From Dipteris shenzhenensis (taxonomy: Eukaryota): DNA of 64,000 nt. A program made the position numbers and the translations under genes. The notes below the pieces were generated by a model. The model was given only the letters and a program-made list of their open reading frames with translations. It was not told where the DNA came from and searched no databases. Positions 53,651 to 64,000 of the stretch are shown piece after piece (position 1 is the first letter of the stretch; each line of letters opens with the position of its first letter). Where the stretch lies: the NCBI GenBank assembly GCA_047967505.1, contig CM106538.1; one strand, given 5' to 3'.

Positions 53651-54957
53651 TTGGTTAATACCAAAGTGTCATTAGTGTTCTAGCAATTGCCAATATCGAT
53701 GGGGACCAATAAGTCAATAAGTATTGTCGAATAAATTTCTCACATGAAGGTATTTCCCTATTATCTCATACTCAAGAGGATCTCTCTCTCTCTAAAGTGG
53801 TGTATCCTTGAGGGCTTCTAGCAGCCAAATGACTAGTCGTGTCACCCAAGGTCAGCACTAAAGGCTGACTAGGTCTAGTCAAGCCTATTTAAGGAGTCTT
53901 TCCACTTAGAAAATAACCACAGCAAACAAAATAAAGCCAAAGATAATACCTCACTAGATTGCCCCTGTTCTGCACCAGACACCAGATTGGCCCTAAAACT
54001 TAGCGCCTTTTTCAGTATCTTAAGTTTTTAAAGGGTTTTGGTCCCAGGTTTTTGAAATGACCACTGTATGTGGCTTTCTCAGCTCATGAGAATGCAAGAT
54101 CCCTTCCATCCTAGCAACTAAGATTGACCCCTTTTGTGCCCACCAAGTGTGATCGACCTTTATGTACTTACAAAGGACTCTATGCTACAGGAAAGTGAAG
54201 TAAGCAAGGCAGGGGCATCTGCATCTGCTAGAGCGGGCAAGAAAGCAGTTGAAAGAACAAGGGGGTAAAAAAAAAAAATTGAGAGGCTAGTTAAACCCGA
54301 TAGACTTGGACAGTCCCACACCTAAAGGTATGAGACAAGATTGTGACAAAAATTGAGTTGGATTAAGAGTCACATGGACATTGCTTTTTATTTTTTTAGA
54401 GGGCTTCAAATAATTGGCAATGTATTAGCTTCTACAGAAATGGAGCTACTGGTTGCACAAGTGGGAAGCACCCGAACATGAGTTGTAGGGGGAAAAGCTC
54501 AATGCGGAGATCAAGGTGAGGAGGAGCTTCGTGCGGTAGAATTCCTAGATGCAGCAAGGTAGATGCTTGATGAATTACCAACTCAAAGTAGTAAAGTGGG
54601 ACCACTACCAGTTGGCCCTCAATCCACCAGTGCAGGTGGGGTTACAACTGACATTCAACCCAAACACGCAAGTAGCATGCTCCTTTGTTTTTAATTATTG
54701 TCCTAAACAGCATTCTAAAACATAATTTTCATTAGCTGCTGCAGCCACAGTTGATGTGGCCACAAGTGCAAACATACAAGCATCAGGTGGAGGCAAAGAG
54801 AACGAGGAGGACCTGCCAAGAGAGCACGAAAAATCCACTTGTAAGCACGATCTATAAGAAATAAGATCCATGCAAATCAATAATCCATTGTTGAGGCACT
54901 TGTAACTATGAGTTTCTTGAACACAACTAGGGGCGAGGAGGTCCGAGAGAGGCATCT

Positions 54958-55708
54958 TGATGTTGCATGTGAGATGTCTATGCGCATGGAGACATCCACT
55001 TAGCTCATTCCACCAAAATGATGGGCTATTATATGCAATCCATTCTAGGCAAGAATGAGCTGAATTATGAGAACTTCAACTGGTTGATGGAGTCTCAAGA
55101 AGGTGATTGGAACCACGAAAATCACCATGCAATTAATTGGAGAGCGGTCAAGTGCATAGACAACTATGAGCGACATCATCGGTCACATATCTCCTACTCT
55201 AGTCCTTTCTACCTCCGATCAAAGAGTGAGATAAGTGATTTCTTTGCCTTATATTTCATACACTTAGTATCTTCTGCTATCCGTTGTCTTACCGTACACT
55301 TGAATCACATTTTTATTTCATCCATTTAATTCTCATACACTTATTATCCTTATTTCCCTCCATTTCGCTTTACTTGTATTTATCGTATTATCATGGCGCA
55401 TCGGCCACAACCACCCACGCTTTAGAAGCAATTAGATGCCATGGATGACTAGTCGGTTTCACCAACTAGGTTGACTGGTCGACTTCACTGACAAGGTTGA
55501 CTGGTCGGTTCCACTGACTATGTTGATCTGACTATCGCCCTCATAGCTATAAAGAGGCAACCTCCCCAGTCCATTGCATCAGATCAGTTCAGATCAAATT
55601 AGATCTTGCAGCAGCTAGTATCTCTTCACCTAGTATCTGTCTAGATCGCCATCTAAGCATCACTGTGGGAGCGCACGGGTGGACGGAGCCATCATTTATA
55701 CTACATCA
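54958..55708 (+). mobile_element. LTR-like segment inserted in the Helentron
   Basis: TGATGT...ACATCA termini, a purine-rich tract just upstream, ctataaa at about 55547 and short gttgactggtcg repeats; Rep-like coding resumes right after it. Confidence 0.55.
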
Positions 55709-56788
55709 GTATTGAAGGAAAATTTTGTTCATCTCAGTTTGCTATGTACTCTCTATTTTTGAAAACAATGAAGATCCTAGTTGCTCAAGTGTTATCATCA
55801 TCTTGGGTGCGAATGTGCAAAGCCCAATTGCATGGGAGGCATATACAAGCAAAGGATGCAACATTGGACAACAGCATTGAGAGACTCCTGCAGTCACGCA
55901 TTGGCTTCCATGACTTGGAATGCTTGCAGACTTCAACAGATTACAAGCACAAATTGAAGAAAAACCTCTTCACAATGCTAAGACAACTAGGCCCACCAAC
56001 TTTCTTCTTGAATTTTTCATCTACAGTAAAAAAATGGTAGCCCTTGCTTTCTTGTCTTCAAAAGCTAAACCTGTCACCCAATATCAATTGACACAACAAA
56101 CCTGCAAGATTGCAACATGGGCAACGTCCTCCGTGGTGAACTAGTGACAATCGCAAAGTACTATGTGCTCCAAGCCATGAAATGCCTCCTCAAGCAAAAC
56201 ACAGGAATCCTAGGTAGAGTCCTTGACTTCTTTTTCATGACAGAGTTTTAGAACAGAGGAAGCCAACATGACCATGGCCTCTTATGGGTTGAGGATGCAC
56301 CTAATTATAGCAACACTCCTAACATTGAGGTCTAAGCTTTCATTGACAACCACGTCTGCACTGACATTCTAAGCCTCCCTATCGAAATGAGGGAAATCCA
56401 AAAGCATAGACATAAGAAAACTTGCAAGAAAAGAGGAACACTATGCCGTTTCAACTTTCCACGTCCGCTGATGAGGTCAACAAAGATTTTGTACCCCTTC
56501 CAAGAAACATGTATGCTAAAGTTGCACACAAGAGAACCCTGTTGACAATCTTGATTTCGATGGGCTGCTAGATGCTCTCTTGCTACTGGAGGAAGAGTAC
56601 ACCAAAGCATTGCGAGTGAGCATCATGCAACCAACAATATTCTTGCAATGCCACCCAAGAGACATATTCACGAACAATTTCAACATCAATATTGCTCGCT
56701 TGTGGGGAGCAAACATTGATTTCCAATTTGTTATGAACCCCCACGTGGTAGAATCATATTGCACTTCGTACATGACAAAAGTCAATCA

Positions 56789-57035
56789 AAGACTGTTTTA
56801 GTAATTTTGGGACAATTCCAAGTCCCAATGCTATAGAAAATTCACTATTACTTTCATTCCATATATGCTCAAATTTGAGTTTGAGCATGCCTATAATTTT
56901 CAAGTGTTCCATGCTCAAACTTAACTTCGAGTACTAGCACATACTTTTCAATAAAGAGGATAAAGAGAGAGGGAGAGAGATGATCAAATTCATTCCAAAA
57001 TCAAGGAATTGTCCCAAAATTACTAAAACAGTCTT
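56789..57035. mobile_element. 247-bp MITE with 31-bp perfect TIRs and a 4-bp TSD (ATCA)
   Basis: aagactgttttagtaattttgggacaattcc ... ggaattgtcccaaaattactaaaacagtctt; ATCA at 56785-56788 and 57036-57039. Confidence 0.92.
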
Positions 57036-58299
57036 ATCATGCTACTATGTTGCTGTGAATGAAGCTATGTCACCATGCTTAGAAGAAAATGTCCCGGCAG
57101 ATTAGCATGTACGAAAGATAGGCAATGCAATTTTGAACACCTAGCATATCAACTCGCAACAAGCAGTGTACTTGTCTCACTGTCATTGCCATTGACAAGC
57201 ACAAGAAGGGAATTTTGCTACATTAACACAAGCCCTCCCCTCTAGAAATAAGACACATGGCCTGACCCACATAGCTCTATCACGTGTCTGAGATCCTGTC
57301 AACTTGTACCTTTTACATCCTCTCCAAGAAAAGAATATCAAATTCAACTAGATAGCCTTGCAAGAGCTTGAACGACTAAGAAACTCAAGCCCATGGGAAA
57401 CATTGCAAATAGACTTTAGCAACATTAGAGGAAAAACTTTTACATTGCAATCTCTCAACACAAGATCATTCACTAGGCACAAAGAAGACATTGCCGCAGT
57501 TAAAAATATTCTTGCTAGAAGCATTCTATGCTTGCAAGAGATCCACACAAAAAACAAACATTCAACATCATCTTGCCGAAATTCAACCACAAACTCAGCA
57601 TAGGAGGGCTCAGCCTTGCAACATACAACAGAGATAGCATGACTTTACTAAAAAAGAGAACATACTACAGCGATAGGATCGAATGTGTGGCCACAATTTT
57701 TTGAAGGCCAATGCATGCAAATGTAGCCATCATCAATGTCTACCGATCGCCTAGATCCACCATCATGAACTTCTCATTGGTTTACAAGAAACGCTTTGGA
57801 AAATAAAACATGCATGCACCACATATATCGTTGGTGCCTTTAACATATGCTACAATAAATCGGGATATGTGAATATTAGAGGGGCTTAGGAGGCCCTTGG
57901 CATGCGCTAGTGACACATGGAAGTGGGGATAAAAAATCCCACATACAAAGGTGAATTGATGGTTCCTTGGTATATATGAGGTAAATGGGTAAACCCTCCG
58001 AGGTTCAGCCCTACCGGCCTTTTGCTAAGGGCTGAAGGAGGCTATGTGTGGCTAGGAGGCAAGGGCATGGGACCCCCTTGTACTTGTAGATATTGCCTAG
58101 ATGCTTGAAGTTTTGGCTTCAAATCCTTTATCATTGCATTTTTTTCAAAATTTTAATACTAAAATTCACTTATATTTACATGTTTTTTGTACATATTGCA
58201 TTTTGGATATTGTGTGAATGCTTTTAATGTTTTTTTTTTGTAACAAAAAAAGAGAATGTTTTTTGTTTAAATTTTTTTCTATCATTCCTTCAGGGTGGA

Positions 58300-60590
58300 C
58301 TCAATCTCTTCTTTCCCTTCAAGTTGGGATGCTTTTGGTGTGGATGCTTTGGGTTTAGATTGTATCTCCAACTCTGATGGAAGTTATGATGCTTTTGGAG
58401 ACTCAATCACCTGCTGTATTGCTTTGGGTGTAAACTGATCTTATCTAGTTCAGTTGCATGTTGTTTCCCAATTGTAGCAATTAGATCTTGAATGGTCTTT
58501 TCCATAAATGCCTGTAGATCGATCTCTGTATGTGCAGCTTCCATTGAGAGATGTGAGTTCTGTTCAAAATTTCATTGAGGATGAACATGCAGTTGTACCA
58601 CTCTCGATCCACAGGTGTGCGCATCCTTTTACAACACCGCGAAGCATTTTTTGAAATCTTTTTTGTCTATTGTAGATTACACAGAGATTGCATAGATTAC
58701 ATCTCAAAGACTCCTTTCCTTCAAATTACATCTCAAGAACTTCTTCTTCAGGGGGCTTGTTGTACATTGCTTTCAGTAGGTCACCTTTTTGAGTTCCCTA
58801 ATTGCAGGCTTGGCCCTCCTTGCTCCTTTCCAGAATGGGGCTGGTTCCTTCCTTCAGGGGCCCGGCCCCTTCCTTCATGTTGCTTCCTCTTTTGTTGATT
58901 TGAGACTCCTGGTTGCAGGCTCGGCCCTTCTTGCTCCTTTCCTGAAGGGGATGGTTCCCCCCTTCAGGCTCCTTTTCCTCACAGTCAGGCCCACTCTTGG
59001 CCTTTTTCAATTTGAGCTCCTTGACTTTTACATTTTTTGCCCAAATGGCAAATTAAGCTGAAGCGTCAACTTTCTCATTGTAGATAGCAGTAGTAGCAGG
59101 TAGGATAGGCATCCAATTAACTATTGCAGCCATCAATACCACAGTCTTTCTCTGTACATGACGAAGTTGCTTCTTGATTCCTTCCTCCCTCATCCTAAAG
59201 CTGCAGATGTTCTCCTTCATCTCCTCCACTCTTTGCTCACTCTGTACTATAGTTGAATTTGAATCCCAGAGCATCTGTTGAAGCTACTTAAATTGCTCAA
59301 AAACATCAAATGTGCCGTTTGCAAGACTTCCACTCTAGTTTGGAAATCTCTCAGGATGACGGATTGCTTTTCAAAACTGTTGAAGCCACGGCAAGCTTGT
59401 GCACAACCTTATCATAATCTTGTTGCAGAGTGTTGTAGCTTACTCTTTAGACTTTCAACAGTGTTTCAAAAATACAACCCTCACCGTGGCTGCTACAACT
59501 TGCTCCAGGCTGCTCTCTGTCCCATCCTTCCTGGACTTGAAGCTCTCTCCTAGTTCCCGCATCACCTTTATGGTTTCTGCATTCTCCCTTTTTAGCTCCT
59601 CCATCATCTGGTAGTTTTCAATGTTCAATGCAGACTGCATGTTGCAGAGCCATTTGTAAAGACCCTCCTTTTTAGCTCTCTAATCTTCAAGATCCTTTTG
59701 CATCATTGCTAGCTCCTTGTCTGCAATGTCCCCATCACTTCTCACTTCTTCGAGTCTATCTTGGAGGCTTCATGCGCTTCTCTGCTTCTTCTCTTCTATG
59801 CCTTTCCATGTCAACCATTTTTGTAGAGGCCTCAGCTTGCTCTTGTGCCTCCTCTACCTTGGCTTTTGCGCCTTCCCTGAGAATTTTCTCAAGTTGCACT
59901 GCCTTTGTTGCATTGGTGGCTTTCTCTTGTAGAAAAGTCTTATGAGACATCTTCTTATCGTATTGCTCAAAAACCTCTTTGAGGGTAGATATCATTAGGT
60001 GCATCACAACTTCAATGGATTGAGATGACAATTGGGATTTGCCATCCACACAATTTTTTAGGTTGGTTAACACATTCTTGGAGATCGCCCTTGAGAAAGA
60101 GACATCACGTCTTTTTAGTTGCTCTACTACTGCTTGAACCTGCCAGAACTTCATGGTTCCTCTCGTATCAGGAAAGAAGTGAATGGTCTTTTGTAGCACA
60201 TCTTGGAGGTCTGTTGGCAAGCTCGAAAGCTTGACTCCACCATCTTTACTAATCTGAGTGTTGGGCTATACATCTAGAATATCCTATCTCTTCCACTGCT
60301 TCTCAAAGAACTATGCTTGCAAACTGCTTCCAGAAATTCCTAGAGCAACTTTAATCATGCTTTCAATGATGGTAATCTTCTGACCTTGACAGACTAGTTG
60401 CCCCTCCTTCATGTTCACCTCCTGTACCAACCTAGTGAAGTTTTTTAGAGCATCAAAATTGGGCTTTTGAAGAGCAAAATTGGACCTTCCATATGTCATG
60501 ATTTCAGAATTAGAGGAGAGGCTCTTGCACTATGCTGCCAACGGGGAGTAAAGATTGTGTGAGGAGCTTCCAGAATGTGCAGGGTCCATT
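58300..60590 (-). pseudogene. Degenerate coiled-coil-rich ORF, probably transposon-derived
   Basis: Collinear minus-strand ORF pieces (60311-60499, 59756-60220, 59455-59640, 59053-59274, 58798-59010) rich in E/K/Q; internal repeats at about 58800-58970. Confidence 0.4.
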
Positions 60591-60865
60591 AGAGAGGGGA
60601 TAGAAGTTGGAGGAAGAGTGAAAGGGAGATAGAAATAGTCGAGAGGGATAGAAGATGAACACTGAAGGAAATGGAATAGTGGAGGCTTGTGTTTGGAGTT
60701 CGAGTGCAAGGGAGAAAGAAACGGTCGAGAGGGATAGAAGATGAAATAGTTAAGGGAATAGAATAGAGGAGGCTTAATTTTGTAGCCCAACTACACTGTC
60801 AAGGTGAGAGCCACCACGATGGTTGGTCTGAATTTTGTTTAATTCAAGAAGGCATTGCTACCTTG

Positions 60866-61490
60866 CATGGTAAGAAGTGATTAGAGGTTGTGGCATCTAA
60901 GATTCCCACTAGCCACGTCTGTGGTGGCAGCTAAGACCCACCAGACTGGCAGCTAATTAATAGCCACTGCAATGGCTCACAATTACTCACCTTCTAGTTA
61001 CCATCACGAAGCTTACATCATGCATGATTATTACGGGTGCACTAAATTACTTATCATCAGGCTTGCATGCTTAGGAGAGTACTAGAGTTCATGGTAATGA
61101 GTGATTAGAGGTGATTAGGCTTCATGATTTACTTTTGTGGGAATTATTACCCGGTAGTGGTGGCTCTCATCAGCCACATCTGCTGTGGTGGCTACAATTC
61201 CACCAGGCTGGCAGTTAAAATTACCATCCACCACAGTGGCATGCTCACCCACCATCGAGATTAAGCATGCATGATCACTATGAGTGCAGTAAAAATTACC
61301 AATCACTAGGCTCACATGCTCAGTAGAGTACTAGAGTGCATGGTAATGAGTGATTAGAGGTGATTAGGCTTCATGATTTACTTTTGTGGGAATTACTGCC
61401 CAGTGATGGTGGCTCTCATCAGGCATTTCTGTCATGGCTAAGATTCCACCGGGCTGGCACTTAATTACTAGCCACCACAGTGGCTCAAAC
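60866..61490. repeat. ~225-250-bp tandem repeat, about 2.5-3 diverged copies
   Basis: catggtaa.gagtgattagagg at about 60866, 61090 and 61339, with shared downstream blocks. Confidence 0.85.
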
Positions 61491-62086
61491 TTTATAATAT
61501 ATAGCATTTGGCATTTTACTACATTGCTCTCATCTGCCCCTGCTCTGCTACTTTTCTCCACACGCTCTGCTATTTTGCTCCACACCGCTCTTCTAGCTCT
61601 TTTTTTCCCTTGCTCTACTTTGCTCCATGCTCCCTCCTCCAACTCTCATCACTCATCTGTTGCTCACCCACTCATCTTCACCATGCCTACTACCACTCCC
61701 CTGTGGCATTGCATTTAATAATACATAGCATCAAACCTGATAGCATGCCCTTTGGTCTATTTGTGTTTTGAAGCATTTTAGGCCACATTGCACTTGTTTG
61801 GGATATCCAAGTTTGATGACATGTATCATCGGAGGGGGAAAAACCGACGGCAAAAATTTTGCTACTCCTCTGAATTTCGACTTGTCACACCTCCTGTCGA
61901 TCAAATCTTGGAAGATTAAGTACCTGCAACCTGCCCCTACCTTGCAAACGCCCTACAACCCACACGTTGATGTGACCTTACACAGACTTTGGTTTGCCAT
62001 TGTCTTCTTTCGGGTCAGTTGTCTTCTATTCTTTGCTTGCCTCTCTAGCTAGCTTCTCTGGGTCTATTTTGGACTGATTGTGGCCA

Positions 62087-64000
62087 TGGCATCAATGGCA
62101 ACATGCAGCTTGTAATGGCTTGCAAGAGAAGCAAACAGAGGCTACGAGATAAGAAAGAAGAAGAGCCAGGTCAAGGCATAAGGAATAGAGTGCAGGTCGA
62201 GGAAAGCACTGGCACAACATCGAATCGGCAACGGAAGACACTCTTGCAACATTTGCGAAGGAAGAAACAATGAGAAGAAAGAAGACTCCTTGCAGAGCAA
62301 CAACAAGAAGCGATTGCAGAGGCATGCATTCGATCATTGCCATCGAAGCAAAGAACATGAGCTGTGGTGTCACAATTGGTGGGAGCATTTGAGGCAGCAA
62401 CATCTAGCCATTCAAGTGATTACCAATCTCGAGTCTTTACAAGCTTTAGCATGCACCCTAAAGTTTGTAGAGTAACAACCCTACCAACACCTCGAGAGAT
62501 GCACGCCCAAGAGGCAATGCTCTCTAACGTAAGAGATGGCCAACAGAAAGTGAAAGGGGTGCATAGCTTAGATCAACTAGTTGCAAAGAGGGTGACATTA
62601 GCTATGTTGGTGTCCCCTGAAACAAAGGAGAAATGGCTTGGGAGCACAATGTTGAAGATGTTGTCAATAAGAAGGACCAACCGGGCTCCAATGGTTGAAC
62701 GTAGAGCAAAAGCAATTCACAATCATCCCGCTCCGAATCCCGCTCCGAGAAGTTTGTGGGCTTCAACAGAATGCAAGAAAATGAGAGACAACTTAAGTGC
62801 GGAAGTCATTGCTACAGTGAAAATGTTTTGGCACAAAAATACAAGAGTTTCTCCAAATAGAAAGGACATATGTAAGAAGCGGATGGGATGCAAGGTGTTT
62901 GAGGAGCACATCATACACATGCTAGATACAACGTAGGTTAGTGGTGCCTAAATTAGCCCGGTGGTTGTTTGTGATTGAGCTTTGGGATAGTTTACTTGTT
63001 TCATTTCTTAAACCAGGGTTGGAATAAATGTGATTATCCTAAACTAGCCTGGTGGTTGGAACAGCACACAACCGTATGCTGGTTCAACTCAATCGCCAGT
63101 TATGTAATTGTCCCAAACTGGCATGGTTGAACAGACATTAGTTGTTGTCCAGCCCGGTGGCATGGTTGAGAAGAAATTAACAACAATATATTTTGCAATA
63201 GAATAGAAATATATTGTTATTTTACTAACCAGCCCAATGGTTGGAACATCATGCAACAGTGGATGCTTCAGCTCAATCACCAGTTATGTGATTGTCCTTA
63301 AATTACTGCAGTTGAAATTATTGTGTTTCTTAGTATTTAAATTTAATTTCCTACTATTCAAGTCATATACCACTGTTAAATTGTGGAATTCAAAAATGAA
63401 AATAATATATTGTTATTTTCTAATAGTGAAATTTAGAAATGAAAAGCAATATATTTGTTATTGTCTAATATATGTAGTTGAGACCATCAAGCTAAACCAT
63501 CCCTGTGGTTGAAACTGTGACAGTGTCTCAAACCATCCTGGTGGTTGAAATTGTGACTGTCCTAAACTTGTCCTAAACCAACCCAGTGGTTGACTATCCT
63601 AAACCAGTCCAGTGATTGAAATTGTGACTGTCCTAAACCAGCACAATGGTTGAAAATTGTTTTGCTTCATTATATAATTTAATTAGACTGTGTTTTGTAT
63701 TCTTTTAGTAGTAGCAAAAAGGGAGCTCATTGTTCTATTGTTCTCACATGTTGGGTCAGCAGACAGAGCTGTATCTCAAGTTTGTGGATCAGAATCTGGA
63801 CATTTCAATTGGGCAGAGGAGATTTGAGCATTGTAAGCCCTGATACATCAGGAAACTCAAAGACAGGAATGTTTGTTGTTGCAAAACACACATAGACTTT
63901 GACCTGGCCCGACAAGCTATGAATGACTTGAGATCTAGTTGTGTTGGAGCATTTCTCCATGGGGATCGATTCCCATGCCTTCTCAATGAATGTGGAATCT
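62087..64000 (+). pseudogene. Sola2-like transposase, N-terminal part, with a probable intron
   Basis: FWHKNTRVSPNRKDI...HMLDTT, then a donor gttagt at about 62937, then TELYLKF...ISIGQRRFEHCKP*YIRKLKDRNVCCCKTH from about 63762 (F..LKP......R..C.C..H signature). Confidence 0.6.

Larger units (their letters stand above)
52080..57850 (+). mobile_element. Degraded Helentron/Helitron2-type element (Rep, helicase end, APE endonuclease), interrupted by insertions
   Basis: CVCC zinc region at about 52175; MLRQLGPPTFFL; TEF*NRGSQHDHGLLWVEDAP (HUH); QKHRHKKTC...CRFNFP; WGANIDFQFV...YCTSYMTK; IALSRV (helicase end); LNTRSF..HKEDI, ILCLQE, INVYRSP, IVGAFN (EEP). Confidence 0.82.

Overview
Eukaryotic, intron-rich and TE-dense plant DNA. 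A seedless vascular plant such as a fern is my inference from gene structure, TE types and (CA)n/(GA)n density. There are two host genes. The first is the 3' half of the phylloquinone gene PHYLLO (MenC/OSBS and MenH modules, 8 exons, + strand, stop at 10145). The second is a 3-exon LLM-domain B-class GATA transcription factor (- strand, 28392-30110). The rest is nested transposon debris: an apparently intact L1-type LINE and an LTR remnant in PHYLLO introns, a Ty3/gypsy element split by a second LINE, copia pieces, CACTA, Sola2-like and Harbinger-like fragments, MITEs and tandem repeats. Two regions stand out. One is a degenerate spliced cassette at about 34.4-36.1 kb that joins a CENH3-like histone fold to a Ulp1/C48-type protease. 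The other is an endonuclease-bearing Helentron/Helitron2-type element at about 49.5-57.9 kb, with a spliced upstream gene and a nested protein-kinase pseudogene. All calls come from reading motifs by eye; no searches were run, and boundaries of degraded elements are approximate.
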